Source: an uncultured Nitrospinota bacterium (GTDB taxonomy: Bacteria > Tectomicrobia > Entotheonellia > J063 > CAVPRW01). From it: a stretch of 64,000 nt of DNA. The position numbers and the translations under genes were made by a program. Below are positions 40,771-51,322 of the stretch, in pieces. The stretch spans positions 160,001 to 224,000 of the forward strand of contig CAVPRW010000024.1 of assembly GCA_963707985.1 (NCBI GenBank), given 5' to 3'. Below the pieces are notes generated by a model. It worked only from the letters and a program-made list of their open reading frames with translations. It was not told the DNA's origin and made no database searches. Position 1 is the first letter of the stretch; each line of letters begins with the position of its first letter.

Positions 40771-42216
40771 ATGTTCATCGAGACGGGTGACCAGTATCGA
40801 CAAAGCCTTGTCGGTCGGAACCTCGAAATCTATGCCGGAGGTGAGCGGATCAGCGAGGTCACCACACACCCGCTCACCATCCCCGGCGTCAACGCCATCG
40901 CCCTGCTCTATGACCTAGCGCAGGAGCCCGAACTTGACGCGCTCATGCATGCGCACTCGCATGTCACGGGGGACAGGATCCATCGCTACTGCCACCTGCC
41001 CCAGAACAGCGATGATCTGCTCAAGAAAATCCAGGCCTCACGCAAAGCGGCCGAGATCTCGCCGATCAGCGGCCTGGCCTCTTGGGGTGTCGATCTGTTG
41101 AGTGCCCTGTCGATTGTCACCCACACGATGCAGCACGACCTCAGTACACCATACTACGACCGTTTCCTGCAGTATCTTCGCCAATACCAGGCGCACAACC
41201 TCTGGAGCGCCGTCGGCGTGACCGATGTCAAAGGTGATCGCCACCTGCGGCCGTCGGAGCAGGAAGATCCGGATCTCTACGTCCACGTGGTCGAGCACAC
41301 CGATGCTGGGATCGTCGTGCGGGGCGCCAAAGCCCATACGACCGGCGCACCTGTGGCCCACGAGATGATCGTCATCCCGACCCGAGCACTCCGCGCCAGC
41401 GACCAGGACTATGCTGTAGCTTTCGCCGTCTCTCCCGAGACGCCAGGTGTGAAAATGATCTGCCGCACCGGCTCATTGGCTCAGGAGGAGAGTCTTGACG
41501 CACCGATGAGTGGCCGGTTTTCGCTCGTAGAGACGCTCACCATTTTCGAGGATGTCTTCATCCCCTGGGAGCGCGTGTTCATGTGCGGCGAATGGGCCTA
41601 CGCGGGGCCACTGGTGGAGTTATTCGCCACCTACCATCGCCACACCTACGCCGGAGCCAAGGCTGCCATGCTCGATCTACTCATCGGTGCCGCGGCCCTC
41701 GCCGCCGAATATAATGGTGTAGCCGAGGCGCGCCACATCCAAGACAAGCTAGCTGACCTGATGCAAGCCTCTGCGCTAATCTTTGCTGCAGGCGTGGCCG
41801 CCGCGCTCGAATCCACGACAGCTGGTCCAGGCACCGCGGTTCCCGATCCAGTGAAAACCAATGCTGGTAAGAATTTTTCCGGTGTGAAATTTTACGATGC
41901 CCTTCGGGTGGTACACGATATCGCTGGCGGGCTCATAGTCACCATGCCGGGGGAGGCCGACTATCAAAGCCCGATCACGCGACCATATCTGGAGAAATAT
42001 TTCAAAGGTGCTAAGGGGATTCCAACCCTGGATCGCCTCAAGTTGTTCAAGTTCATCCGCGACCTCACGGCCTCAGACCTCGGCGGCATGTGGATGGTCG
42101 AGAGCTTGCACGGCGGAGGTTCCCTGGAGGCGGAGAAGATCGCCATACGGGCCCATTATCCACTCGATCAGGCCAAGGGGATGGTACGGGCGCTAGCGCG
42201 TTTGACGTCGGGTTAA
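40771..42216 (+). CDS. 4-hydroxybutyryl-CoA dehydratase / 4-HPA 3-hydroxylase family flavoprotein
   Basis: TDVKGDR..RPSEQ.DPDLY, GIVVRGAKAHTT, FEDVFIPWERVF, DIAGG, HGGGS. Confidence 0.85.
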   Translation: MFIETGDQYRQSLVGRNLEIYAGGERISEVTTHPLTIPGVNAIALLYDLAQEPELDALMHAHSHVTGDRIHRYCHLPQNSDDLLKKIQASRKAAEISPISGLASWGVDLLSALSIVTHTMQHDLSTPYYDRFLQYLRQYQAHNLWSAVGVTDVKGDRHLRPSEQEDPDLYVHVVEHTDAGIVVRGAKAHTTGAPVAHEMIVIPTRALRASDQDYAVAFAVSPETPGVKMICRTGSLAQEESLDAPMSGRFSLVETLTIFEDVFIPWERVFMCGEWAYAGPLVELFATYHRHTYAGAKAAMLDLLIGAAALAAEYNGVAEARHIQDKLADLMQASALIFAAGVAAALESTTAGPGTAVPDPVKTNAGKNFSGVKFYDALRVVHDIAGGLIVTMPGEADYQSPITRPYLEKYFKGAKGIPTLDRLKLFKFIRDLTASDLGGMWMVESLHGGGSLEAEKIAIRAHYPLDQAKGMVRALARLTSG

Positions 42217-42322
42217 AAGGTGATTGACAGCGCCAGGCAGCTTTGGTAGTGTCGCACCCAAGCCTTGTGCCGAGCGCAAGAGGCCGAGCAGAGACATCCC
42301 GCAGCCCAAAAAGGAGACCATC

Positions 42323-42736
42323 ATGGCGAAGATCAAGCATATCGCCCTGTCGACCCAGGATCCCGAAAAGACCGCAGCCTTCTACAAAGAGACCCTTGGC
42401 TTGGAAGAAGTGGGGAAAGTGGATAGTCCTCTGGCTGAGGGCTATTATCTCACCGACGGCTCAATCAATGTCGCTATTCTCAAATTCAAGAACGACCAAG
42501 CCGCCGACAAGCCGGAAGGGGTCAACTTCGTCGGGCTGCACCATTTCGGGTTCAAGGTGGAAGATCTGGAAGCGACCGAGGCACGCCTGCAAGCGGCTCA
42601 GGCCGACAAACGCCCGCAAATAAATATGTCGACGACGCAAGCTGGGCATCGCAATTACGAGGTAAAGTATCGCGGACCAGACGGCGTAATCTTTGACATT
42701 TCCAGCACCGGATGGGTGGGGACTTCGGACGACTAG
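42323..42736 (+). CDS. VOC/glyoxalase family protein
   Basis: KIKHIAL, YYLTDG, GLHHFGF, EVKYRGPDGVIFD; AAGGAG RBS. Confidence 0.88.
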   Translation: MAKIKHIALSTQDPEKTAAFYKETLGLEEVGKVDSPLAEGYYLTDGSINVAILKFKNDQAADKPEGVNFVGLHHFGFKVEDLEATEARLQAAQADKRPQINMSTTQAGHRNYEVKYRGPDGVIFDISSTGWVGTSDD

Positions 42737-43470
42737 GGTCCAATTAAGCTGTCTATTTCCCACGTTCTTGATCGATGACCATGTCGCACCGCCGTAGTCT
42801 GACACACCGCTATGGCGGTGTCCCCCATCCCGCTCCAACATCGCCCTCCAAGACGTTTTAGCGCTGCGTATGCACGGTTCGTCAGAGCCGACCCTGAGTT
42901 CTCCGACAGTCCGATCATTCTGAGCCCTGCAAAGCGGTTTGACATCGACCACTCGGCGTGGCTCGTCCACCATGCTTGAGGTACTTGGCTGCTGCTGACC
43001 ACCAGTGTGCGGCTCCTTCGAACCCATCCTCCGATTGCCCCCGATGACTGTATTGAGACCACGATTGAGCAGTTCGAGACCGAGATCATCCAACGCGTAC
43101 GTCAAGAGCTAGTGGCGTGATCTGTTGGCGCACCATGCCTGGACATCTGAACCTGTTGTTGTCCATCAATCGTGCGGTCACGCAGATAGGTCGCCAACGC
43201 GCGATCGAAATAGGGCAGCAGCTTCGGACAGGTGATTGACAGTTATCCTCACCTTTCACATCAGCAAATTGCTATAGCATTATCGCTTGCGGCGGAAAGT
43301 TGAGGCGACACTGCTCGTCTTCGCCTCGCTATCCCTCTGCCCGGTCTGCTACCGGACTCAAGATTTGACTTATGATGCCGACATTTCTTCACCGCAGGGT
43401 GTTCAGTACGGCGATGCCCTTTGGCCACAGCTGGCAAGGGGTGATGATATACACAGCTCTAGGAGAACAC

Positions 43471-43683
43471 ATGAAACAGATTTTGAAACGATGGGGCGGG
43501 ATCGGTCTTATGGCAGTCTCAGTGCTGACGGTAGGAGGAGTGTTCACGCTGCAGCCAAATACCAACCTCGCCTTATCCGCCTCCCTACACCAGGTCTTGA
43601 TTGCGGATGGAGGCGGGGACAGACCAGCCCCGCCTCCCCCATGTCCCAAGGGCAAATGTTGGAGCGAACAGGCGACGAGCTAA
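43471..43683 (+). CDS. Small putative secreted peptide (70 aa)
   Basis: AGGAG RBS; basic plus hydrophobic N-terminus; tail LIADGGGDRPAPPPPCPKGKCW. Confidence 0.5.
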   Translation: MKQILKRWGGIGLMAVSVLTVGGVFTLQPNTNLALSASLHQVLIADGGGDRPAPPPPCPKGKCWSEQATS

Positions 43684-44031
43684 CAATACCCACACATGGG
43701 CTGATGGTGGCTGGTATGGCCACCGTCAGCTTCTCCTCCCGAGCTAACCTCACAAGCTTCGTTCGTTTGACTTCCTAGCCTCCTCGTCGCACTCCCTGCT
43801 CCGTACGTCCCAGTCGCACGCTAACAGAACATAAGTAAATCGGGGCTGATGCGACATCCGAGTGGACGACTTCCTTCGCAAGCCGTACTTCATCACAACA
43901 GAGCTGAGTCGGTTGAGCATCCAGCATGGCGCGACCGGAGCGTTAGAAATCTGGTCAATCACCTGTATCCACGAACGTCAATGCGGTGCTTTCCATGCCT
44001 CAGCCCCTTGAGCAGGGGACGTACCCTTACG

Positions 44032-44577
44032 CTACACTCCACGATTCGGGTCTGCTGCCGTGGTGAACTCGTTGGACTTACCCCGCGGGATGCTGAGTGA
44101 TTGCCAGGCGCTCGAGCGGAAATGCTTCGCCAGGAAGACGATCTGGCCGACGTGGTAAGCGTAATGTGTGAGCTGGCGATTGATCGCTTCGAGCACCGAG
44201 AGCGGCTTTCCACGAATATGCATGGTCGTGGTCATATCTTCTGGGGCGAGGCGCTCGATCGCGCTGAAAAGATACCGCCACCCCGCCTCCCAGCGTTCGA
44301 TGAGTAACTCTTTGCTATCCGCCTCGGCTACCATGAACTCGCTGTCTCGATCGCGGTCTTGGGCGTCCTCAGCCGTACGAGGAAAACCCGCCCACCGCGT
44401 CCGCATGCTCCCCGCCAGGTGTTTCAGGAGCACGGCGATGCTGTTCGCTTCTCCGTCGGGCATGGTGAACAGGTCGTGATCGTCGGTTTGCGCCAGAGCC
44501 CCGTCAGCCAGAACCTTCAGACTCTGGAACTGGCGTATTGCATCATGTAGATAATGCGCTGCGAGCCCCTCTGACAT
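44032..44577 (-). CDS. DUF1572 / DinB superfamily protein
   Basis: NSIAVLLKHLAG, RDRDSEF, WEAGW, HYAYHVGQI, WQSLSIPRG. Confidence 0.88.
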   Translation of the reverse strand: MSEGLAAHYLHDAIRQFQSLKVLADGALAQTDDHDLFTMPDGEANSIAVLLKHLAGSMRTRWAGFPRTAEDAQDRDRDSEFMVAEADSKELLIERWEAGWRYLFSAIERLAPEDMTTTMHIRGKPLSVLEAINRQLTHYAYHVGQIVFLAKHFRSSAWQSLSIPRGKSNEFTTAADPNRGV

Positions 44578-44596
44578 CCACCACCTCCCACACATC

Positions 44597-44967
44597 TCAT
44601 CCCACACTATCCAGGCTCACCCCAGATCTCAACCGCTAGCCCCAGGATGCGGGTAAATTCGCGAACATTGGTGGTGACCATCGTGAGGCCATGGCCAATA
44701 CAGGTGGCCACCAGCCATATGTGCTAGTGCTTCCTGTGGAGCCGTGAGGTCGGCGACGACCTGTGTGGCTTCCCTCTCGGAGAGATAGGGCAGTGGCGCC
44801 AGGAGGGCAGGCAGTTCTGCCAGGCGTTTCCCCACAGGCAGGAGCCCGGGCTCGGCAATGAGCTTGTTACCACACGTGAGCATGAAACACTCACCACGGT
44901 GGGCAACGCGGTTGATGTACTCCGCGAAGTGGCCAGCGACCTCGGTGACCGAAAGTGACTGCGACAC
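44597..44967 (-). pseudogene. Collapsed type II TA pair: Phd/YefM antitoxin plus C-terminal remnant of a PIN (VapC) toxin
   Basis: SVTEVAGHFAEYINRVAHRGE antitoxin; another frame gives IWLVATCIGHGLTMVTTNVREFTRILGLAVEIW. Confidence 0.75.
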
Positions 44968-45087
44968 CTGCTGTCCTCCGTGTAAAAGCTGAGGATCATA
45001 TTATCTGATGTCACACCGAAATTCCACCGGCGTACGTCTCCAACCTCGAATTTGAAGCGAGTGGTGCCGCATGCCATCCCCCTATCC

Positions 45088-45654
45088 TCACGGTACGTGG
45101 GCGAGAAAGTGGGCAAGATCGAGGATGTCGGCGTCGGTTACTCCATACAGCACATCCGCCATCGCCGCATCGTAGCCGCGTCGCGCATTGCTCTTATACT
45201 CACGCAGCGCCTTGACGAGGTAGTCTTCACGTTGGCCGGCCAGACGGGGCACGTTGTGTTCCCCAGAAAAGTCCTGGTTATGACAGAAATTGCACCTGTG
45301 CTGCTGGATCAGTACCCGCGCTCGCTCGATCCGCGGGGGTTCTAGCGGTTCAGGCGCAGGCAGCGGTGGCGGCAGCTGTGAGATGAACTCCGCCATGCGG
45401 CGCACCTCCTCGTCGCTGAGGCCCTTGGTCGCTTCGTTCATCACCTCGACGACACGCATCCTTTCGCGGAACATGTACAGTTGAATCGTCACATAGAACG
45501 CCGGCTGAGCTCCGAGCGACGGCACCTCTGGGGTTGCCGATTGCCCCCGCGCACCATGACAGGCGAGGCAGGGAACCAGGCGTTCCTCGAGTGTCGCCGC
45601 TGCAACCGGTAGCGCCATTAGCCAGACCAGCACAGCCGCTACGAAGCTGCGCAT
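45088..45654 (-). CDS. Diheme cytochrome c4-like protein
   Basis: Signal peptide; CLACH and CNFCH; PSLGAQ and PRLAGQ. Confidence 0.9.
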   Translation of the reverse strand: MRSFVAAVLVWLMALPVAAATLEERLVPCLACHGARGQSATPEVPSLGAQPAFYVTIQLYMFRERMRVVEVMNEATKGLSDEEVRRMAEFISQLPPPLPAPEPLEPPRIERARVLIQQHRCNFCHNQDFSGEHNVPRLAGQREDYLVKALREYKSNARRGYDAAMADVLYGVTDADILDLAHFLAHVP

Positions 45655-45730
45655 AGCGCCCCCCTCTGATTGAATCGCTTGGGAGCATGAGCAGTCGAGG
45701 GCGGACGCACGCCCTCGACCTGATTCTAGA

Positions 45731-47065
45731 TCAACGCTTGGCAACACGCTCCGCGCTGTAGGTGACGCGGTAGACCGCGCCCGCGTAGTCGTCCGAGACC
45801 AGGAGCGAGCCGTCCTTCATGACCTGCACGTCGACTGGTCGCCCAATATAGGCGTTGTTCTGGAGGAAGCCGGTGAGGAATGGCTCGACCGACTTCACGG
45901 TGCCGTTTGGGTTGAGCTTTGCGACCACGACGTCGCCGCCGATCTTTTTCGTCTTATTCCAGGAGCCGTGCCGTGCGATGAAGATGGCATTGCGGTATTC
46001 AGCAGGGAACATGCGGCCGGTGTAGAAGCGCATGCCGAGCGCTGCACTATGCGGGCCCAGCAAGGCGACCGGCTTGACGAACTCATCGCACGAGCGGCCC
46101 CAGCCGACCTCGCGGTCCGTGAAGTTCCCCTGGTGACAGTAGGGGAAGCCGAAATGCTGGCCGACTTTGGTGACGCGGTTGAGCTCGTCCTCGGGCAGGT
46201 CCTCCGACAGCCAGTCGCGCCCATTGTCAGTAAAGTAGAGCTCCTTCGTCACCGGGTGCCAGTCGAAGCCGACCGAGTTGCGCACGCCGCGTGCGGCCAC
46301 TTCAGCGCCGCTGCCATCGAGGTTGATGCGCCGGATCTGGCCGTTTTCCTCAGGCGGGATGCAGATATTACATGGCGAGCCGACGTTGATATAGAGCTTG
46401 CGGTCCGGGCCGATGGCGACGAACTTCCAGCCGTGCGATTGATGATTGGGCAGGTCGTCGTAGATGACGACAAGCGGTGGCGGGTTGTCGAGGTTGTCCT
46501 CGATCTTTTCGAGCTTCGAGATCTTGGTACCCTCGGCGATGTACAGTGTGCCGTTGTCGAAGGCGAGCCCGTTCGGCCGGTCCAGCCCAGAGGCGATGAC
46601 CTTCACTTGGCGTTTGCCGTTCTGATCGGTAATGGCATAGACCTTGTCGAGCACACGGTTACTGACAAACACGGTCCCCTTGTCACCGAGCCGCAGCGAG
46701 CGCGCATTGGCGATGCCACTGGCGTAGACCTCGATTTTAAAGCCCTTGGGCAGCCTGAGTTGGGGGATCGGCAGCTGGTCCGGCGGTGCCGGAAATGGCG
46801 GCGGCGTGACGACGCGTAGCTGGCTCGCCACGTCGGCATTGGGAATGTCGGGACGCCCGGGCACCGTGGTGGGTTGCGGCTGCATGCTAGGTGCCGGGGT
46901 AACCCCACGCGGTGCTTCAGGCGGTTGCGATGCGGCAGGAGGTGAGGCAGGTTGACTCGACGATTGCTCTGGCATCTGCTGAGCGAACGCCAGCGTCGCT
47001 ACAAGCGAGGTCCCAAGGATTCCGGTGATCAAGAGGCTGCGCAGAATCAAAGAGCGTGCAGTCAT
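45731..47065 (-). CDS. PQQ-dependent sugar (sorbosone-type) dehydrogenase
   Basis: Signal peptide with Pro-rich linker; LPKGFKIEVYA, GSPCN, GVRNSVG, TDNGRD, HGSWN, GRPVDV, VSDD. Confidence 0.88.
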   Translation of the reverse strand: MTARSLILRSLLITGILGTSLVATLAFAQQMPEQSSSQPASPPAASQPPEAPRGVTPAPSMQPQPTTVPGRPDIPNADVASQLRVVTPPPFPAPPDQLPIPQLRLPKGFKIEVYASGIANARSLRLGDKGTVFVSNRVLDKVYAITDQNGKRQVKVIASGLDRPNGLAFDNGTLYIAEGTKISKLEKIEDNLDNPPPLVVIYDDLPNHQSHGWKFVAIGPDRKLYINVGSPCNICIPPEENGQIRRINLDGSGAEVAARGVRNSVGFDWHPVTKELYFTDNGRDWLSEDLPEDELNRVTKVGQHFGFPYCHQGNFTDREVGWGRSCDEFVKPVALLGPHSAALGMRFYTGRMFPAEYRNAIFIARHGSWNKTKKIGGDVVVAKLNPNGTVKSVEPFLTGFLQNNAYIGRPVDVQVMKDGSLLVSDDYAGAVYRVTYSAERVAKR

Positions 47066-47375
47066 GACAGTCCTCCCCCATGTGATCTTCGATCTAGGGC
47101 TCGATTCCGGACAATGTGCCAAGAACGTTGCGCAGTCAGACCTCCTCTGCCAGATAAGCAGATTAGTACTATCACTTTTCTGGCTATTTCACCATAGGCA
47201 AAGCAATCCAGGCGGGATGTCTAGCACTCTGATCAACGGTTCACGGCCGTATGCGTCTATCCATGACCGGACCTTACGATTGAGGAGAATTCCTCCGCAG
47301 CGTGGTTCGTGATCAGATGTGACGTGGTATACTGCGTTGGCACGGCGAGGGGCACAAAAGAGAGGAGGGCAAACC

Positions 47376-48723
47376 GTGAAGCGCCGAGAAGAGCTGCGAC
47401 AGCATCTGCATCTGGTTTTCCAGGCTGCCCTGCAAGCGGTCGACCCCGGTAAAGCTATTCGCACGCACGTGCAGCGTGAGGGGAATCAGCTCCGTGTCGC
47501 CGACTGCGCCTATGATCTCAACCAGTATGACGCCCTCTATCTCATTGGCATGGGCAAAGCCGGGGCGGCGATGGCGATCGCTGTCGAGACGATGCTTGGC
47601 GATCGTCTGCACGGCGGTCATGTCATCGTCAAATACGGCCATGGAGGACCACTCGCGCACGCGACCCTGCATGAGGCGGATCACCCCATTCCCGACGAGG
47701 CTGGTGTGAGAGCCACCCGTACCTTGCTCGACTTCGTGGATGGGCCTCGGGCAGCGGGAACTGGTGATCTGTCTGATCTCAGGTGGTGGCTCGGCGCTGT
47801 CCCCAGCGCCTGTCGAGGGTATCACTTTGGCCGAGAAGCAAGAGGTCACACGCCTGCTTCTGGCCTGCGGTGCCACCATCCATGAGATCAACGCCGTGCG
47901 TAAGCATATCTCCCAAATTAAGGGAGGTCAACTGGCGCGCCTGGCCTCTCCGGCCACGCTGATCACGCTCGTGCTGTCCGATGTCGTGGGCGACTCGCTC
48001 GACGTCATCGCCTCCGGGCCCACCGTTCCCGACACCAGCACCTTTGCCGATTGCCTGGAGATTCTCCGCAAGTATCGCTTGTCCGACACCGTACCGGTGG
48101 CCATTCGTCGCCACCTGGAAGCTGGCGTAGCGGGTGCTGTTCCGGAAACCCCGAAGCCTGGTGATCCCGTGTTTTCCCGCACCCAAACCGTGATCATCGG
48201 ACGCAACCTACAGGCGCTAGAAGCCGCGAGCCGCCAAGCCACAGCCCTGGGGTATCGGCCGCTAATCCTGTCGTCCGCCATTGAAGGGGAAACGCGCGAG
48301 GTCGCCAGGGTCCATGCGGGCATTGCCAAGGAGGTCCTGGCTTCGGGCCACCCGATCAGGCCGCCTGCCTGCATCCTTTCCGGCGGCGAAACGACCGTGA
48401 CCCTACGCGGACAGGGGAAAGGTGGCCGTAATCAGGAATTCGCGCTGGCACTGGCGCTCGACATCGACCACATGCCAGGCATTGCCGCCTTGAGTGCTGG
48501 CACCGATGGCACCGACGGCCCCACAGACGCGGCTGGCGCGTTTGCGGACTGGACAACCTGCGCACGGGCCGAGCAGCATGGCCTCCCCCCGCGTGAGGCG
48601 CTGGAGCATAACGATGCCTATCCATTCTTCGAGCGCCTCGGCGACCTACTCATCACCGGCCCCACTCAGACGAATGTCATGGATGTGCGAATCATCCTGA
48701 TTACGGACGGGCTGTCCGTGTAG
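47376..48723 (+). CDS. Glycerate 2-kinase (MOFRL/TtuD family); 1-nt frameshift near 47742
   Basis: GMGKA, HPIPD, LISGGGSAL, SDVVGD, GGETTV, GGRNQE, GTDGTDGPT, TNVMD. Confidence 0.9.
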
Positions 48724-48777
48724 GGCTGTAGTCGAGTGCTGACGGGCACCTATGTTGGCAGCCAGGCTCCCTGTGCC

Positions 48778-49116
48778 TTACCCGAGCTCATTGAGAAGCG
48801 AATGGACCACAGGGGTTGCCAACAGCATCAGGAGTAACGCCAGGGTCTGCCCGCCGATAACGACGACGGCGATCTCACTATGCCGCCTATTAACCTTGAA
48901 GCTCAGCACCACCTGATCCTCGGCCGATGTCCCAGTGACGACGGTGCCGCGTGCTACCCGATCCACGGCCGCCGGTATAACGGGTATGAGCCGCGGTGTG
49001 ACGGCTTCATGCGCGGTTCCGAGTGGTGCTCCCGTGGCGGGATACTCACTTCCACAGCCGGTGGTGATGAATATGGCGAGGAGAATTACCAGGTACCCTA
49101 CTATCCTGCTCCGCAT
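48778..49116 (-). pseudogene. Collapsed RND efflux operon remnant (MFP N-terminus fused in frame to AcrB-type last TM)
   Basis: Lipoprotein signal ITTGC plus VTGT...VVLSFKV, joined to IAVVVIGGQTLALLLMLLATPVVHSL. Confidence 0.7.
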
Positions 49117-49436
49117 CGAGGGCTTCCCTCAGAGAGCGACCGCATGGCTGTATGGCATCTCATCATGCAACTAATCTCGTAAGTATTCACTCGCTTTAGA
49201 GGCATTACCAGGACTTGTCAAGACAGGTTGGCGACGTACCAGTATCGATCACCAGCCATTCCTTATGCGTTGCTAGCTGGAGGTGGGTCCGTCGTCCGGA
49301 GGGGAACAGTTCCAAGATAAGTCGGGGGACAAGGAAAAACGTGCGCGGAGCATATCGTGGATCGTAAGGACGGCAGGCGAGGTGCCACAACAACCATAGG
49401 GCGGCGATTCCACAGACGTGCGCCGCGGCTCCCAAG

Positions 49437-50423
49437 TTATTCGGCACTGAGCACGATACTGGTGCCGACGGTGTTCTGGACAAAGGCCTCAGGACGCTGC
49501 TGATAGACGGCATAAGCGGCTCGGTAGCCGGTGCAGTGGGCCGGGGCGATGACGGCGGGTTCTAATGCCACTAGAGCATCGACCACGCGTCGAATGCGAT
49601 CATGGAAGAACGTTGGCCCCAAATGGAAGCCGCCGATCACCGCATGCACCTGCTGGATGCCGGTGATCGTCTGGGCGTGATGCACGGTGTTGACGATGCC
49701 GGCGTGCCCACAGCCCGACAACACTACCAACCCCTTGCCTCTGACGTTGATCACCATCCCCTGGTCGTCGCAGATCAGCGGGTCAGGCTCCATGACGCCA
49801 TGACGCTCGGCGTGATGGGCGGGCCAACCGATCTCAAAGTCGTTGGTCCGCGCCACCTGACCGGTCACCAGGGCCATGCCCTCCACCACGAAGGACGGGC
49901 GCTCGGTCTCGATCAACTCAAGACCCGCATCGCGCAACCCCTGGCGGGACAGTGGTACCAGTCGGTTGACCTCGCCATCAGGAGCGATGACGGCACGCTT
50001 CAGGTAGGCATCAGGGTGCAGTGTCAGGGGAAAACTGAGGCGTCCCAACCGACGGTGCAAACCGACCAGGCCCAGGGTATGATCCCAGTGCCCGTGTGAC
50101 AGCACGATACAGTTCCAATCTCGGGGATTGAGCTCCAGACAATCGAGGTTATAGGCCAATCCATCCGGACTGCCACCAGCATCGAAGAGGATGGCTCGCG
50201 TGATACCCTGGCGTGTCACCCGCACGAGCATGGAAAGGCCATGGCCACCGACAAAAGGATTGCGTCGCTCCTCAGCCAGCAGTGTCGAGACGATCGTGTC
50301 GCCCGCCCTGGGTCTGAGACGTTCCACCACGCCACCCCCTGGTGCCGTCTGGTCGACGAGATTTTCGTAGAGGGTGATGATTTCGACGCGGTCGACTGGG
50401 TCCAGCATGATCTGCTCGGTCAT
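49437..50423 (-). CDS. MBL-fold metallo-hydrolase (COG1237)
   Basis: HGLS, LFDAG, SHGHWDH, DDQ, GCGHAG, GGFH, PAHCTG. Confidence 0.88.
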   Translation of the reverse strand: MTEQIMLDPVDRVEIITLYENLVDQTAPGGGVVERLRPRAGDTIVSTLLAEERRNPFVGGHGLSMLVRVTRQGITRAILFDAGGSPDGLAYNLDCLELNPRDWNCIVLSHGHWDHTLGLVGLHRRLGRLSFPLTLHPDAYLKRAVIAPDGEVNRLVPLSRQGLRDAGLELIETERPSFVVEGMALVTGQVARTNDFEIGWPAHHAERHGVMEPDPLICDDQGMVINVRGKGLVVLSGCGHAGIVNTVHHAQTITGIQQVHAVIGGFHLGPTFFHDRIRRVVDALVALEPAVIAPAHCTGYRAAYAVYQQRPEAFVQNTVGTSIVLSAE

Positions 50424-50560
50424 AGCTTTGACCTCCCAAACACCTCCGCCACCGTCAACATGCCTGTGCTGCGCCTCCAACTCAGCCTAAGCCGCTTCAA
50501 GGCTGTGCGAATGGTCTCGCCACTGATTTAGTGGTCGGTCATGCCTTGTACACACTGGTG

Positions 50561-51190
50561 TTAGATAAAGGACGACAAGGCGATCGCTCCCATCCCTCCC
50601 AAGACACCCACTGTTGCGAAATACCCTAGCGTCAGGAGGACCATCACGTATCCAGCTAACACCGCGTAACCATCGCGCTCCAAACTTCCCATGGCTAACA
50701 ACAGCACACCATAGGCCGGCAACGTATTGGAGAATGGGAGTGGTAAGGGAGCCGTCAGCAAGAGGCCTGAAAACCCCAGGAGCATAACATTCAAGCGGCC
50801 AATAGTGGCCCCATGGGTGAGAGGAAGGAGCCGCGGGCGAATCAGCCTCTCCAGACGCGCAAACAGCTGCACGCCTTTGGCTAACATGGGAACCAACTGG
50901 TGCTTGGTGATATGACGATTCATGAGACGATTGGGCAGCCAGGGCGGCTTGTGCATCACGAGTCCCACCGCATTGAGCGCGATGAGTAAACCAAAGGGGG
51001 TGCTGGTGCCAGGAATTGACACCGGGAGGAGAAACGGAATCGTCAAGACCATGCAAAAAATGAGCAGGCCTCGCTCTCCCAACCACTCGAGGAGTGTCCG
51101 TAAGGTAAGGCCTTCGGCGGGCATCGCGCAGATAATCTCGGACAAGACGGCTGAGACGGGTTTCTCGACGGGTTGACTGGTTTGGACCAT
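50561..51190 (-). CDS. exoD: ExoD family exopolysaccharide synthesis membrane protein
   Basis: LGERG, PWLP, IRPRL, PLPFSNTLPA, LERDG. Confidence 0.88.
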   Translation of the reverse strand: MVQTSQPVEKPVSAVLSEIICAMPAEGLTLRTLLEWLGERGLLIFCMVLTIPFLLPVSIPGTSTPFGLLIALNAVGLVMHKPPWLPNRLMNRHITKHQLVPMLAKGVQLFARLERLIRPRLLPLTHGATIGRLNVMLLGFSGLLLTAPLPLPFSNTLPAYGVLLLAMGSLERDGYAVLAGYVMVLLTLGYFATVGVLGGMGAIALSSFI

Positions 51191-51322
51191 GGTTTCTCTG
51201 TTATCGGAGATATCCTGGCACTATGAGAAGCGCCGAAATCCCCGAAGAGTCCTGAGATGCCGGCGCTTATCGCGAACGCGTTATGGATACGGGGGTTGCC
51301 TGGACACAGGGCGGGCCCTGTG

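Noticed and set aside
42737..43370. ORFs 42461-43105 and 42733-43089, and a stop-interrupted plus-strand frame from about 42811
   Set aside because: No recognisable motif in any frame; possibly decayed sequence, but not supportable as a gene.
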